From Chitinophagales bacterium (GTDB taxonomy: Bacteria > Bacteroidota > Bacteroidia > Chitinophagales > CAIODY01), in contig JAPJNH010000164.1 of NCBI GenBank assembly GCA_026461075.1, positions 12,432-76,431 on the forward strand: 64,000 nucleotides of DNA, given 5' to 3'. A program made the position numbers and the translations under genes. The notes beneath the pieces were generated by a model that was not told where the DNA came from, did not search any database, and saw nothing but the letters and a program-made list of their open reading frames with translations. Shown here in pieces: positions 50,701-60,122 of this stretch (positions are counted from its first letter, which is position 1; each line of letters begins with the position of its first letter).

Positions 50701-53700
50701 CTTTCAACATTTGTATAAGGAAAATCTGCAGCTACAAAGTGATATAAAACGTTTTCAGGAGTCGTAATTGTTGAATTAGTAGCAACCGGCGGATCATTCA
50801 CCGCTGTTACCGTGATAGTAATAGTCCCTTGATTGGAAGTAAGGTTATCATTATCCTTCACTGTGTAGGTAATAGCAACGGTTCCATTGTAATTTGCAAC
50901 AGGTGTGAACGTAACGACACCAGATGAATTGACAGTGAAAGTTCCCTTTCCTACTGACGTGAATGTTGTTTGTGTTCCCGCAGTAGCAGGATCTAAATCA
51001 ACCGTACTTATAGTTACAGTTCCATCCACGTCATTATCATTTGTAACAACATTCAATGTCACTGCATTATCTTCTGTTGTAGTCGTTGCATCATTATTTG
51101 CTACCGGAGCGGTAGGTATTTTGATCGCAAAGTTCAAGTTGTTTTCATTATTCGACAAAGCTGTGGTAATACGATAACGCAAGCGACCATCGGCCGTTCC
51201 ATGCGTACCTGTAATCGTGTTACCGATATCATTATTGACTTCACCAATAAAGGTGGCTCCCGTAGCACCCAAACTAGGAACTGCCGAAGCATAAGTAGTG
51301 GTAGTAGGATAATTGGTGGTTGATACTACAAAATGATACGTTGTATTATTGACAGGAGTAAAATTAATTTGCCATGCTCCATTAGATCCAACTGCAGAAG
51401 TTGCTTTTACCTTGTTATTATTTCCTGTGGTAGTACTAGAGTCAACCATAGAAACATAAAGTTGTGTTCCATTGATAGAACCAATACCCGTTCCATCTAC
51501 TTTTCCTGGTGCAGCGGTACCATTCACATCCCAATACACATTACCCATGAATGGAATAATAGAACCCGCGCAATCTGAAACGTTAATAGATAATGAAGCT
51601 GGAGTTCCTTGTCCACAAGCATTAACAGGCGTTGCTACCACATTGTAAGTACCGCTTTGACCCAAATTATTAAAACCAACCACAATAGAACTCGTTCCTT
51701 GTCCACTTAAAATCGTACCACCAGTTGGGGCTGTCCAATTGATAGAAGTTGTGTTCGTAAAACCAGAAACAGTGAACCCTGCTCGCGTCATGGTATCACA
51801 ATACGCATTATTACCCACGTGGTAATTCACTAACATTTGCACTGCATCCACATAGGCAACTGCATTTGCAGAAGCGATATTCACACGATAACGAATACCA
51901 AATCGCGGCATATTAACAATTGTAGGCGTAAGCGTAGCCGTAGTTGCACCCCAAAGGTTTGTAGCCCCTCCGTACGTTGTCACCGCATCTGTTGTCCCCC
52001 AGTTTGTATTAGTCACCGTAAGGTTCAATCCAATAGAAGCACGGGTTAAAAAGTTTACTAAGCTAATACGATTATCTTGAATCGTTCCGGTAGCCTTTTT
52101 CTCCACCTGAACAGTTACACCATCGATTATTGCATTTGTTGGAATATTAAATCCAAAACCATAAAAATAAATATACCCGGAATTTCCTGTCGAAGTATTC
52201 GTTACACTTGTATAAGCGTTATCACTTGCAAAAGCATTATTAATAGTCGACCACACAGGTGCAGAGGTAGTAGACGAATCTTTTGTACACAATTTATAAC
52301 CGACAGCACCCGCTGAATAAGATGGCGCATTCAAAGTGGCTGTGATTGTTCCCGAGCCCATCGTATTCGAAACGGTAACAGTAGCAGGACTACCAGTTAT
52401 ACTTGCAGCAGTACAACCCACTGCGTCAGTAACACTTAACAAAGTATAAGCTGTCGTCACTGAAGGCGTTACAGCAATATTAGCACCGGATGTATAGTTA
52501 GTAACCGTTCCAACACCGTTGTTAATCGACAAGGTATATGGAGAAGTACCGCCCGTAATTGCCACATTCAATCGGTTATTACAATTCGCGGAAGTAGCAC
52601 TTAAAACAGCTGATGAAATTCCTGGATTAAACTTCACCACTACATCATCAAAAGTAGTCGGACAACCCGGACTGCTTAAGGTCCAACGCAAGGTATAAGT
52701 ATTCCCCGCTACGCCGTTAAAAGTAGTATTGTATACGGTGCTAGTAGACGTATTACCTACACCAAATCCACCACCCGTTCCAGATACAATCGACCAAACA
52801 CCACTTGTTCCAGCAGGATTGTTACCGCCTAAGGTAATCGTTGTTACACCGCAAGTAGTCGTACCTGTTGCATCCGCACCAGCATTCGCAATATTGATAT
52901 CCGCAGGGAAATTATAAATGAAATGACAACCAGTTCCTGTGATATATAAGTTACCTGTATAAGTTCCAGCATTGGCTGCAGTCACATTACTAATAGAAGG
53001 ATTCTGCAAAGTAGAAGAGAAGCTATTCGGACCCGTCCACAAATAGGTTGCAGAAGGAGAAGAAGGACCAGTGAATTGAATAGTTCCGCCAGAACAAATA
53101 GGCGCATTAGCTGACATAGTGGGAGCAGAACATCCACCTGTAAACACAGGCGTTTGAGTGGCTCCAGAAATCAAACAACCATACTGATTGAAAACACCTG
53201 GCGTAGATACGTTGTCATAGGTGTTTCCGGATACATTACCCGTTCCTACCATATGCGCACTGTTATCAATTTTATTATCGCAATACAAATACACACAGTC
53301 ATTGCTGACACGAATCTTGAACTTAAATTGCGTGCTATCCGTTCCAAAAGGAGAATTATTCACCTGTCCACCAAGGAATCCATTTGCCCCTGTTCCAACT
53401 CTTACCTTCACCACATGGGAAGCCGCTATATATTCCGCTTGATCATCCCCCACTGCATCCGTTTTTGCACCAGCATTCGGACCATAAGTAATAGAAATAG
53501 AGTTCGGGATATAAATTGCATTCCCTTCAATCGTATCCGTAATATAAGAGTTGATAGAAGGATCCGAACCTATATTCATTCCAACGACTGTATATTCCAA
53601 GGTATCGCCAGGAGAAGCATTAGCTGCTGAAGGATGTGTAACATTTCGAACCCGTACCGCACTACGTAAATCTGGTTCATACACATCAATGGCAGAAGTA

Positions 53701-54713
53701 ACCACTTGTGTCAAGAATATTTCACCACCTGTAGTCTGGCGGATAATCCCGGAAACGGCACTATTACCTATATAGTTTTTCGTACTGTTATTAGGCACGA
53801 AGATATTCGCATCATATCCTAAGTTATTGTTATAAGAAGGATTGCGTAAGGGAGTTAAAACTCCATTCTTTGAAATCGTACTATTGAACATGTCCGACTG
53901 CGGATGTATCGCATCGGATAAATTGACAAACGCAGAAGCGCCCTTAAACATTAACTGATCACCCGTTAAAGAACGATCTCCGTCATAAACTACCAATCCA
54001 AGTTCAAAATTAATCGGACCAGAAAGCGGGGTTTGAAAACCCGAGATAGGAATATCTACCGTTGTAACACCGCCACCACCTACGTTCGCCAAACCATCAA
54101 ATACGGTTAGGTTACGCATCGTCTGTAAATTGTCTTTATAGATAACTACAATCGTCCAGCCACCAAATAAATTCTTTCCATTCACATCCACCGCCACATT
54201 CGCTACCGTATAAATATCGTTTAAGGAACCTGCCTGCACAATGGAGGTAATATCCTTAAAACAGTGATACGTTTTATAACCAACCGTATTATCCTTCAAA
54301 TAATCCGCTGTTAAGTTTTGATAAGCGCCACTATTCACTTTCAACTTTACCTGACTACGCGTAGCGAAATTTTCATCTCCAGTCGAACAGTCTGCGCCCC
54401 AATACAAGCCAGCCCAGGTAATTTCTGTACAGGTAGGCAAATTCAATTGATCACTGCTCGACATGAAAGTCGTAGGATCGCTGTCAATATCTACATAATC
54501 GTTCGTGAAATTGTTGTCATAACCCGTTCCACCAGGAGGCATTTCATTCTGTACAATATTTGCTGGCGTAGCGCGCGCAGCAGTATTAGACAAATACAAA
54601 ATACCGCCCTTTTGCGTGACAGTTTTTCGAATGGTAAATGGCGTGATTACCTGCGCACTTGCAATGCTGATGGTCAAAACCAGCAGAAGAAGAAATAAGG
54701 ATAAACGTTTCAT
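47757..54713 (-). CDS. Giant (2318 aa) T9SS type-A adhesin with tandem Ig/cadherin-like (tandem-95-like) repeats
   Basis: Signal peptide; WAGLYWG N-domain; PGDTLEY DUF11-like; about 8 modules starting (A/P)P.A..D, five containing DLDP.T.G.Q; LPIQF...YYRI...IYPNPA CTD. Confidence 0.92.
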   Translation of the reverse strand: MKRLSLFLLLLVLTISIASAQVITPFTIRKTVTQKGGILYLSNTAARATPANIVQNEMPPGGTGYDNNFTNDYVDIDSDPTTFMSSSDQLNLPTCTEITWAGLYWGADCSTGDENFATRSQVKLKVNSGAYQNLTADYLKDNTVGYKTYHCFKDITSIVQAGSLNDIYTVANVAVDVNGKNLFGGWTIVVIYKDNLQTMRNLTVFDGLANVGGGGVTTVDIPISGFQTPLSGPINFELGLVVYDGDRSLTGDQLMFKGASAFVNLSDAIHPQSDMFNSTISKNGVLTPLRNPSYNNNLGYDANIFVPNNSTKNYIGNSAVSGIIRQTTGGEIFLTQVVTSAIDVYEPDLRSAVRVRNVTHPSAANASPGDTLEYTVVGMNIGSDPSINSYITDTIEGNAIYIPNSISITYGPNAGAKTDAVGDDQAEYIAASHVVKVRVGTGANGFLGGQVNNSPFGTDSTQFKFKIRVSNDCVYLYCDNKIDNSAHMVGTGNVSGNTYDNVSTPGVFNQYGCLISGATQTPVFTGGCSAPTMSANAPICSGGTIQFTGPSSPSATYLWTGPNSFSSTLQNPSISNVTAANAGTYTGNLYITGTGCHFIYNFPADINIANAGADATGTTTCGVTTITLGGNNPAGTSGVWSIVSGTGGGFGVGNTSTSTVYNTTFNGVAGNTYTLRWTLSSPGCPTTFDDVVVKFNPGISSAVLSATSANCNNRLNVAITGGTSPYTLSINNGVGTVTNYTSGANIAVTPSVTTAYTLLSVTDAVGCTAASITGSPATVTVSNTMGSGTITATLNAPSYSAGAVGYKLCTKDSSTTSAPVWSTINNAFASDNAYTSVTNTSTGNSGYIYFYGFGFNIPTNAIIDGVTVQVEKKATGTIQDNRISLVNFLTRASIGLNLTVTNTNWGTTDAVTTYGGATNLWGATTATLTPTIVNMPRFGIRYRVNIASANAVAYVDAVQMLVNYHVGNNAYCDTMTRAGFTVSGFTNTTSINWTAPTGGTILSGQGTSSIVVGFNNLGQSGTYNVVATPVNACGQGTPASLSINVSDCAGSIIPFMGNVYWDVNGTAAPGKVDGTGIGSINGTQLYVSMVDSSTTTGNNNKVKATSAVGSNGAWQINFTPVNNTTYHFVVSTTNYPTTTTYASAVPSLGATGATFIGEVNNDIGNTITGTHGTADGRLRYRITTALSNNENNLNFAIKIPTAPVANNDATTTTEDNAVTLNVVTNDNDVDGTVTISTVDLDPATAGTQTTFTSVGKGTFTVNSSGVVTFTPVANYNGTVAITYTVKDNDNLTSNQGTITITVTAVNDPPVATNSTITTPENVLYHFVAADFPYTNVESDALQSITISTLPSQGTLYLNGVAVTVGQTISAANIVYLTYDPPVNTYGNALSSFTFTANDANLGTVAGTVTINVTHVNAPPVAVANTASTAQNTPINISLLANDINVDGTLVNSSIDLDPYTAGTQSTYTLSGQGTFSLSGATLTFTPISSFYGNVTTLYYTVDNSVSLTSNVATIDVTVIPAGAPTAVNDNASTNENVSVTFSVTNNDYGTNAINVARVDLDPTTTGIQGAYYAPGQGQFYVDILGNVTFIPDPYYNGTVVIPYTVKDVLGLVSNTATITVVVNAVNSAPFAIDDAFSTSEDVAVTYDITSNDYDYDGYVDSSKVDLDPLTAGIQTSYTVTGEGTYTVNALGIVTFTPVANFNGTATPKSYTIKDNQGLVSDSGLIIVTITPVNDAPVTVSDARSTTATASVASITFNVLTNDYDIDNQFDSTSVDLDPYTPGQQTSFTVAGEGTYTVDIYGNVTFTYTFSTPIGPLTQIHYTVNDKSGATSSLTHIDITILPLGTPTAIDDYPVGYEDNVISFDVATNDVDNTFVDPSTVALTGTLVTANGTWSITNSATLPGYVSFTPAANFYGSVSMTYTVKDYDTLTSNTGIIYLTVLPVNDAPSFSKGTDVAVCANSGVNIVNGWANSISVGPSNESTQTANFIVTNDNNSLFSTQPSIDASGNLAFAVANGQSGVATLSIYVKDNGDTAHAGIDVSAVQTATVTVNALPAATVNYVGSPYPANGTAYASVSGFSGGIFSAAAGLILDTLTGTVTLTGSVVDTFAVTYTMTDANGCRAAASTSIIISHAGVLPIQFVQNTASLQKNGVGLNWKMSMYTENREFEIEHSADGIHFVKVGKIEAAQIKKGQVEFAFIHSTPFAGLNYYRIKAVSNLSFELPIYSSIMAVKTILKSSISIYPNPANDNLSIRFVANNQAGMHCEVFNNLNQLVMERNFTQGVDLLNIPVSNLNAGTYRVVLMKDDLILSNQLVEIQH

Positions 54714-54730
54714 ATAAAGCTTAAAGGTGA

Positions 54731-55096
54731 TTACAATTGGATAGTTAATACAGTCGTTACGCCGTCGTCAGCAATCAGTTCAAACGTATAATTTTGATTG
54801 GGCTGTAAAGTGCTTACATCAACACTTGCATAATAGGGCGTGGGAATCAATTCCAATCCGCAGGTTTTTAGCAAAACATGCTGTGCATTATAGATTTTTA
54901 ATTCGCCAGAATGACCTTGCTTACCGTTTAAGGAAACCTGGGCAATCGTGTTTGCTCCCTTCTGTACGAGTTGAATGGAGAAATTTCCATTAGAAGTGTT
55001 TTGACTAACTTGAGCCTGAACTCGAGCTGAAAAGTTCAACAGCGCTGTCAAGAAGAATAAAATGGTAAAAAAACGCATCGGACTTATATTTGTCAT
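54731..55096 (-). CDS. Small secreted beta-sandwich protein resembling a stand-alone T9SS CTD (alternative start 55078)
   Basis: Signal peptide ending VQA; LKIYNAQH..L, VDVSTLQPNQNY.FEL CTD-like pattern; stops 17 nt before the adhesin ATG. Confidence 0.7.
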   Translation of the reverse strand: MTNISPMRFFTILFFLTALLNFSARVQAQVSQNTSNGNFSIQLVQKGANTIAQVSLNGKQGHSGELKIYNAQHVLLKTCGLELIPTPYYASVDVSTLQPNQNYTFELIADDGVTTVLTIQL

Positions 55097-55145
55097 TTGT
55101 AAAATTCGAACTTACAAAAATAGCATCTGTTGAATAATATAAACA

Positions 55146-55157
55146 TGACTTAGGTCA
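55146..55157. promoter_or_regulatory. Palindromic operator TGAC-N4-GTCA (Crp/Fnr-like)
   Basis: TGACTTAGGTCA, 23 nt upstream of the minus-strand TATTTTTG box at 55115-55122. Confidence 0.4.
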
Positions 55158-55288
55158 ATTAAATCAACAAATAAGGACAAATTAAACATATTTGACTACT
55201 AATCCTAACAATTTCAATAAATAGACTAAATCTTCTTTCAAAAATCAACAAATGACAAAAGAAAACAACAATCTATTAGACTGATTTT

Positions 55289-55308
55289 ACTACGTAATTA
55301 AACGTAGT
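55289..55308. promoter_or_regulatory. Inverted repeat ACTACGT-N6-ACGTAGT, putative operator
   Basis: Perfect 7-bp arms, 34 nt upstream of the TAATTTTG box (55343-55350) of the lipoprotein gene. Confidence 0.45.
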
Positions 55309-55368
55309 CAAAGAAAATATTGCAATAGTCTCCCGCTTCGCTTAATTTTGAAAAAAGTTTATACTATC

Positions 55369-55761
55369 ATGTCTATCCGCAAAATCACCCCGCTAGTAAT
55401 AGTAGCCATTGCCTGCTACCTAATGACATTAACGAGCTGTGAAAAGGTTTATACCGGTCAATTAATTTTCTGGTGGGATGCTGCCTTCGAACAGCAAATG
55501 AATACCATTGGTGTGAGCAACGTTGCAGTGTATGAATCTAGCGCCTTCAAAGGCACACTCGATATCGCGACAAAACAGTTTACCGCCGCTCCGGCATGTA
55601 ATGATGCGGGCAGTGTTACCGTTACCAAAGATTTAGGGGCCGCCACTTCTGGCACTTTCTCCTATACCTTTAAATTACGCGATGCGTCTAATAATATTAT
55701 TAGCACCACTAGCGATAATATTACTTTACAAGATGGTTGCAATACCTATCAATTGCAATAA
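55369..55761 (+). CDS. Hypothetical lipoprotein
   Basis: ATG 55369; hydrophobic signal with lipobox LTSC; two further Cys (APAC, DGC). Confidence 0.8.
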   Translation: MSIRKITPLVIVAIACYLMTLTSCEKVYTGQLIFWWDAAFEQQMNTIGVSNVAVYESSAFKGTLDIATKQFTAAPACNDAGSVTVTKDLGAATSGTFSYTFKLRDASNNIISTTSDNITLQDGCNTYQLQ

Positions 55762-55835
55762 TTTTACTTCCGTTTACCGATTATATAAAGCTCCACGCAT
55801 CGAAATGCGTACTTTGAAAACCTAATTCTTACCTT

Positions 55836-58094
55836 ATGCTTAAAGGAATTCTACATTCAATTCTGATCGTATTTTTTCTGCTGCTTGCTAACACCACAAG
55901 CTTTTCGCAAAGCATTTATTTCAAAGTAATTGATAAAGATTCACACGAACCTTTGCAGGGGGCAATCATCCAAAACAGCACCGCAACCATAGGCACGGAA
56001 AGCGATCTAAACGGACTTGCTCAAATTAATATAAACCCTTTACCGAAGTCGCTCGAGCTTCAAGCACATATTATTGGGTATGATAAACTCGACTTTTCAA
56101 TTTTAGCAGACACTGCCAAGCACCTTATTCTGCTTTCACTAAGCAAAACAAAAAATGAATTAGGTACCGTAGAAATTAACACCTTACGAACGAATACACG
56201 TATCGAAGATGCTCCTACAAAAGTAGAAGTGATTGGCTTGGAAGAAATTGGCGAAGAAACGACCCTACAACCAAGTAATCTAACAAGCTTACTCGGCGAC
56301 CTTTCCTATATTCACGTTCAACATCAAGCTGGCGCTTCGGGAAATAATATGGTTCGTATGCTTGGATTGAATTCCAACTATACACAAGTATTGCGCGACG
56401 GATTACCTAGTTTAGATGGTGTGAGTTCGAACTTAGGTTTATTAAGCGCTCAACCCTTAGATCTGCAACAGGTGGACGTTATCAAAGGCTCTGCATCGAC
56501 GCTTTATGGCGGAGGCGCCATTGCAGGTATCATCAACCTGATATCTCCTACCCCATCTGATTCACCCACCACCAGTTTATTATTAAACGCAACCTCACTC
56601 TCTGAAAAAAATGTTCATCTTTTCACTTCCTGGAAAAAAAACAAAGTAGGCTACACTTTATTCGTTGCGAGTAATAACGCCGTAGCAAAAGATCTGAACA
56701 ATGATAATCTAAGCGATGTTCCTGAAAATCATCAACTGATTATTCATCCACGTTTCTTTATCGATATCAACAAAAAATGTGCCTTACGAATTGGTGTTCA
56801 AATGCAACAAGATAATCGAAAAGGTGGTAATATGTCAACTATTCAAGGTATTGGAAATGATAATTACAGTAATAATTATCAACTCTTTCTGACAACCTCT
56901 AAATCAGCATTGGATTACCAGTTTACCTCCAAATGGCGTAAAAATCAACTCTTCACATTCAAAGGCATTGCTACACATACCCAACAACTACAAGATGAGG
57001 GCGCAAGAGGTAAAATAGAATTTCAACAAAACAGTTTGTTCTCAGAAATGTCCAATCTAAGTATATTTAAAAAAGGAAGTCTTATTGAAGGCTATTCTGT
57101 AAGAACCTACGACGCTTATCAAGGTTTGTTCGAAACTTATACAACGCATTCACTTTTTTTTCAAGAAACCCAAAATTGGACCAACTGGTTGGCTACCGAA
57201 GCTGGTTATAGAGTCGATTTAGTAAATGGTGAAGGACTCATTGGTTTGACACAAAACAAAATCCATCATTTACCACGATTAAGTATTTATATACATCCGT
57301 CTGAAAAATGGAGCTTCAGAATAGGAGGCGGCAATGGCTATCGTAATCCTAGTATTTATACCCCTGAATTATTGGAAAACCCTTTAAATGGTTATTCTAC
57401 CCTTTTTACCTATAATGCAAAAAATCAATTTGGAAGATTAACCGAAGAAAATAGTCAAGGTATTCAAAGTGATTTTAATTACCATTATCGCAAAGGTATT
57501 TTCGGATTGCAATTCAACCAAGCGTTTTACTATACGCAAATAAGCAATCCGTTAACAGTGAAATATAATTATGCATTAGTTGATGGTATTTATCCTTCAC
57601 AACAAACTATAATTAGTAATAATCCTAATTCAATTTACTCTCAAGGAAGCGACACATATTTGAGACTAAATTTAAATGAACTAGAATGGTATTTAGGCTA
57701 TAACTACACAGAAGTGGCTTATATGAATACTCCTCAATATACACCGATGACTTTATTCCCGCATCATAAATTTGCCTCGACCGTTTTATGGGAATTGGAA
57801 GGCGAATGGAAGATTGGTTTAGAAGCGGCTTGGCAAGGCTTGCAATATATTAATAATACAACTTATAAAAAGGCCCCAGACTACTGGTTCTTAGCAGCGA
57901 TGGTCAGTAAAAAGTGGAAGCGTAGCACATTAACCTTAAATGTAGAAAACATAATGAACTATCGTCAGTCGCGTGTTCAATCGATGTATATAGGTAATTT
58001 AAATAATGGTAGTAACAATCCAAACTTATTACCTGTTTGGGGTCCTTTAGAAGGGCGAGTGATAAATATTAGTTATAGAATCAACTTCAACTAG
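55836..58094 (+). CDS. TonB-dependent receptor
   Basis: RIEDAPTKVEV, TQVLRDGLP, VDVIKGSASTLYGGGAIAGIINL plug motifs; WGPLEGRVINISYRINFN end. Confidence 0.92.
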   Translation: MLKGILHSILIVFFLLLANTTSFSQSIYFKVIDKDSHEPLQGAIIQNSTATIGTESDLNGLAQININPLPKSLELQAHIIGYDKLDFSILADTAKHLILLSLSKTKNELGTVEINTLRTNTRIEDAPTKVEVIGLEEIGEETTLQPSNLTSLLGDLSYIHVQHQAGASGNNMVRMLGLNSNYTQVLRDGLPSLDGVSSNLGLLSAQPLDLQQVDVIKGSASTLYGGGAIAGIINLISPTPSDSPTTSLLLNATSLSEKNVHLFTSWKKNKVGYTLFVASNNAVAKDLNNDNLSDVPENHQLIIHPRFFIDINKKCALRIGVQMQQDNRKGGNMSTIQGIGNDNYSNNYQLFLTTSKSALDYQFTSKWRKNQLFTFKGIATHTQQLQDEGARGKIEFQQNSLFSEMSNLSIFKKGSLIEGYSVRTYDAYQGLFETYTTHSLFFQETQNWTNWLATEAGYRVDLVNGEGLIGLTQNKIHHLPRLSIYIHPSEKWSFRIGGGNGYRNPSIYTPELLENPLNGYSTLFTYNAKNQFGRLTEENSQGIQSDFNYHYRKGIFGLQFNQAFYYTQISNPLTVKYNYALVDGIYPSQQTIISNNPNSIYSQGSDTYLRLNLNELEWYLGYNYTEVAYMNTPQYTPMTLFPHHKFASTVLWELEGEWKIGLEAAWQGLQYINNTTYKKAPDYWFLAAMVSKKWKRSTLTLNVENIMNYRQSRVQSMYIGNLNNGSNNPNLLPVWGPLEGRVINISYRINFN

Positions 58095-59521
58095 AAGAAG
58101 ATCGCGCAAATACCGATAGCCGCGAAGACACAAATCGCGTCTACCAAAAGCATAGTGCCTAAGGTATAACGGGTGTTCCTTACTTGAATACTTCCGAAGT
58201 AAACCGCAACAACATAGAACGTCGTTTCTGCAGAACATTGAAAGACACTAGCCAATCTTCCTGTGAATGAATCCGCTCCGTACGTATGCATCGCGTCAAT
58301 TAAAAATCCGCGCGAACCTCCCGAAGAGAACGGACGTAACAAAGCAATTGGCATCGCATTGCTAATATCTTTGCTTACCCCGATAAAACTTAAGCCTTTT
58401 GTCAGGCCCATTGCAATCCATTCAAACACGCCGCTATTTCTAAAAAGAGAAATAGCCACCAACATTCCTAACACGTAAGGGAAAATTTTAACACCGGTGT
58501 TCAAGCCTTCGCGAGCCCCTTCGACAAAAGAACTGAAGATATCCGTCCCTTTCTCTGAAAAATTCTTTTCCTTCCAAAATGCATAAGCTACTATTATCAA
58601 CAGAATCAAGAAAAATAAAGACGTAGATAAATGTGCGGTGAAGACGCTTTTCTCTAAAAGTTCTAAGCGACTTAAATAAAACAGCAAACCTGCAATACCG
58701 CCTATCAAAGCCATTAGCACACCCAACAAAGCGCCACTTTTAAACGAAATTTTCTGACGGAAGCCTACGATGAACAAAGCTGCTAAAGTACCCACCAAAC
58801 TAGTAAGAATACAAGGTATCATCACATCCGCAGGATTAGCTGCATTCTGCGCCGCCCGATAGCCAATGATAGAAGTCGGAATGAGGGTTAGTCCTGCCGC
58901 ATGCAGACATAGGAACATGATTTGCGCATTGCTGGCCTTTTCTTTTTCAGGATTAAGCTCTTGCAAAGACGCCATCGCTTTAAGTCCGAAAGGTGTCGCC
59001 GCAGAATCTAGTCCTAAAAAATTCGCTGCGAAATTTAAGGTCATGTACGCAATAGAAGGATGATCCGATGGTACTTCTGGAAAAATCCGCACAAAGAAAG
59101 GAGCGCAGAACTTAGCTAATTTTTCAGCTGCGCCACTTGCAATTAATAATTGTAAAAGTCCACTGAAAAAGGCGAGATAAGCAATCAAAGGCAGAACGAT
59201 GTCAGCGAGGGCATTTTTACAGGTTTGCAATAAACCATCGGTAGCTAAAGAGCCCGTCGTAATTCTAACAATAGTATTCGACCGCGTAAAAACAGTATCT
59301 TTTTGATGGGGGTGTTGGATACTTATGGATTCTACCTTCGTCAGGGAATCTTGCATCCACTTCGGCACTTGAGAGATATATTTTTCGCCAACTAAAACAG
59401 CTTCATCTTTTTTACCATTAATGATTGCGTCGAGCGAATAACTACGTCCCGACCATAAGCTTGCGAGCAAGCTCAATAAAGAGACGAGCATTATCGTGAG
59501 CCAAAAGCGACTAAGGGCCAT
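58091..59521 (-). CDS. Nucleoside-recognition (gate) domain membrane protein, fused SpmA/SpmB-like
   Basis: NFAANFLGLDSAATPFGLKAM, SNAQIMF, RPFSSGG, SAETTFYVVAVYFGS; start ATG 59521. Confidence 0.9.
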   Translation of the reverse strand: MALSRFWLTIMLVSLLSLLASLWSGRSYSLDAIINGKKDEAVLVGEKYISQVPKWMQDSLTKVESISIQHPHQKDTVFTRSNTIVRITTGSLATDGLLQTCKNALADIVLPLIAYLAFFSGLLQLLIASGAAEKLAKFCAPFFVRIFPEVPSDHPSIAYMTLNFAANFLGLDSAATPFGLKAMASLQELNPEKEKASNAQIMFLCLHAAGLTLIPTSIIGYRAAQNAANPADVMIPCILTSLVGTLAALFIVGFRQKISFKSGALLGVLMALIGGIAGLLFYLSRLELLEKSVFTAHLSTSLFFLILLIIVAYAFWKEKNFSEKGTDIFSSFVEGAREGLNTGVKIFPYVLGMLVAISLFRNSGVFEWIAMGLTKGLSFIGVSKDISNAMPIALLRPFSSGGSRGFLIDAMHTYGADSFTGRLASVFQCSAETTFYVVAVYFGSIQVRNTRYTLGTMLLVDAICVFAAIGICAIFF

Positions 59522-59558
59522 AAGATGCGTTTTTTCGAAGATACAATCTTCAGGCGGC

Positions 59559-59957
59559 CTATGGATTATAAAGATTCCACAACTTGTCGGTGCTGCTAAT
59601 TTTTTCAGACACCACCCGCTGAATAGCAATTGTCTCTTTGCTTTTCGCATAATAAGCCATGTCATAGACTATTGGCCAGGATTGTTTGTTGAACGACTTC
59701 GTATGCGTACAAAAATGAAAATTAAAATTTGCTTCAATTAAGGTTTGGATGGGGATTTCCACTGCATCTCCTTTTGATAATCGTAACAGGATATTTCGAT
59801 TTCGTTTTAGAATGGCATTAATCTGGCGAAGGGTTTTGTCTTCCGCCTGTTTCACTTGATTGTGAAAGTTGTTTCTGCAGTTGTCATCACAGAATTTCTT
59901 GTCGGAGCGGCCATAGATAGGCTGTTCACAGTCGAGACATACTTTTTGCGTTGGCAA
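59559..59957 (-). CDS. Zn-finger (CxxC...CxxxC) basic hypothetical protein, DUF2116-like
   Basis: CLDCEQPIYGRSDKKFCDDNCRNNFHN, INAILKRNRNIL, FNFHFCTH; TTG start. Confidence 0.8.
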   Translation of the reverse strand: MPTQKVCLDCEQPIYGRSDKKFCDDNCRNNFHNQVKQAEDKTLRQINAILKRNRNILLRLSKGDAVEIPIQTLIEANFNFHFCTHTKSFNKQSWPIVYDMAYYAKSKETIAIQRVVSEKISSTDKLWNLYNP

Positions 59958-60026
59958 GGTTGTTTTGATTTTAGATCAACCTGCGGGGGTATCAAGCGAT
60001 GGTTATAAGAATATAACGCGCGTGAG

Positions 60027-60056
60027 GTATAAAAACGTATATAAACGTATATAAAC
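60027..60056. repeat. Three 10-bp direct repeats in a divergent promoter region
   Basis: GTATAAAAAC GTATATAAAC GTATATAAAC. Confidence 0.85.
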
Positions 60057-60122
60057 ATTTTTTATACGGATTTTTTATCTTCGTAGCCACATCTTTGCCA
60101 AACAATTTAAATTTATAAAATT

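Noticed and set aside
48900-51120. Repeats in the giant adhesin as a CRISPR array or DGR template/variable pair
   Set aside because: They are diverged in-frame protein-domain repeats; no identical repeats with spacers and no reverse transcriptase or cas genes.
55191-55312. 9-bp inverted repeat TTTGACTAC/GTAGTCAAA as a possible invertible promoter
   Set aside because: It does not extend beyond 9 bp, neither -7 box lies between the arms, and there is no recombinase in the window.
59522-59665. N-terminal extension of the SpmA/B ORF, and similar extensions of frr, dsbA, the S41 peptidase and yigZ in the ORF track
   Set aside because: They overlap neighbouring genes, promoters or repeats; downstream starts fit the family N-termini better.
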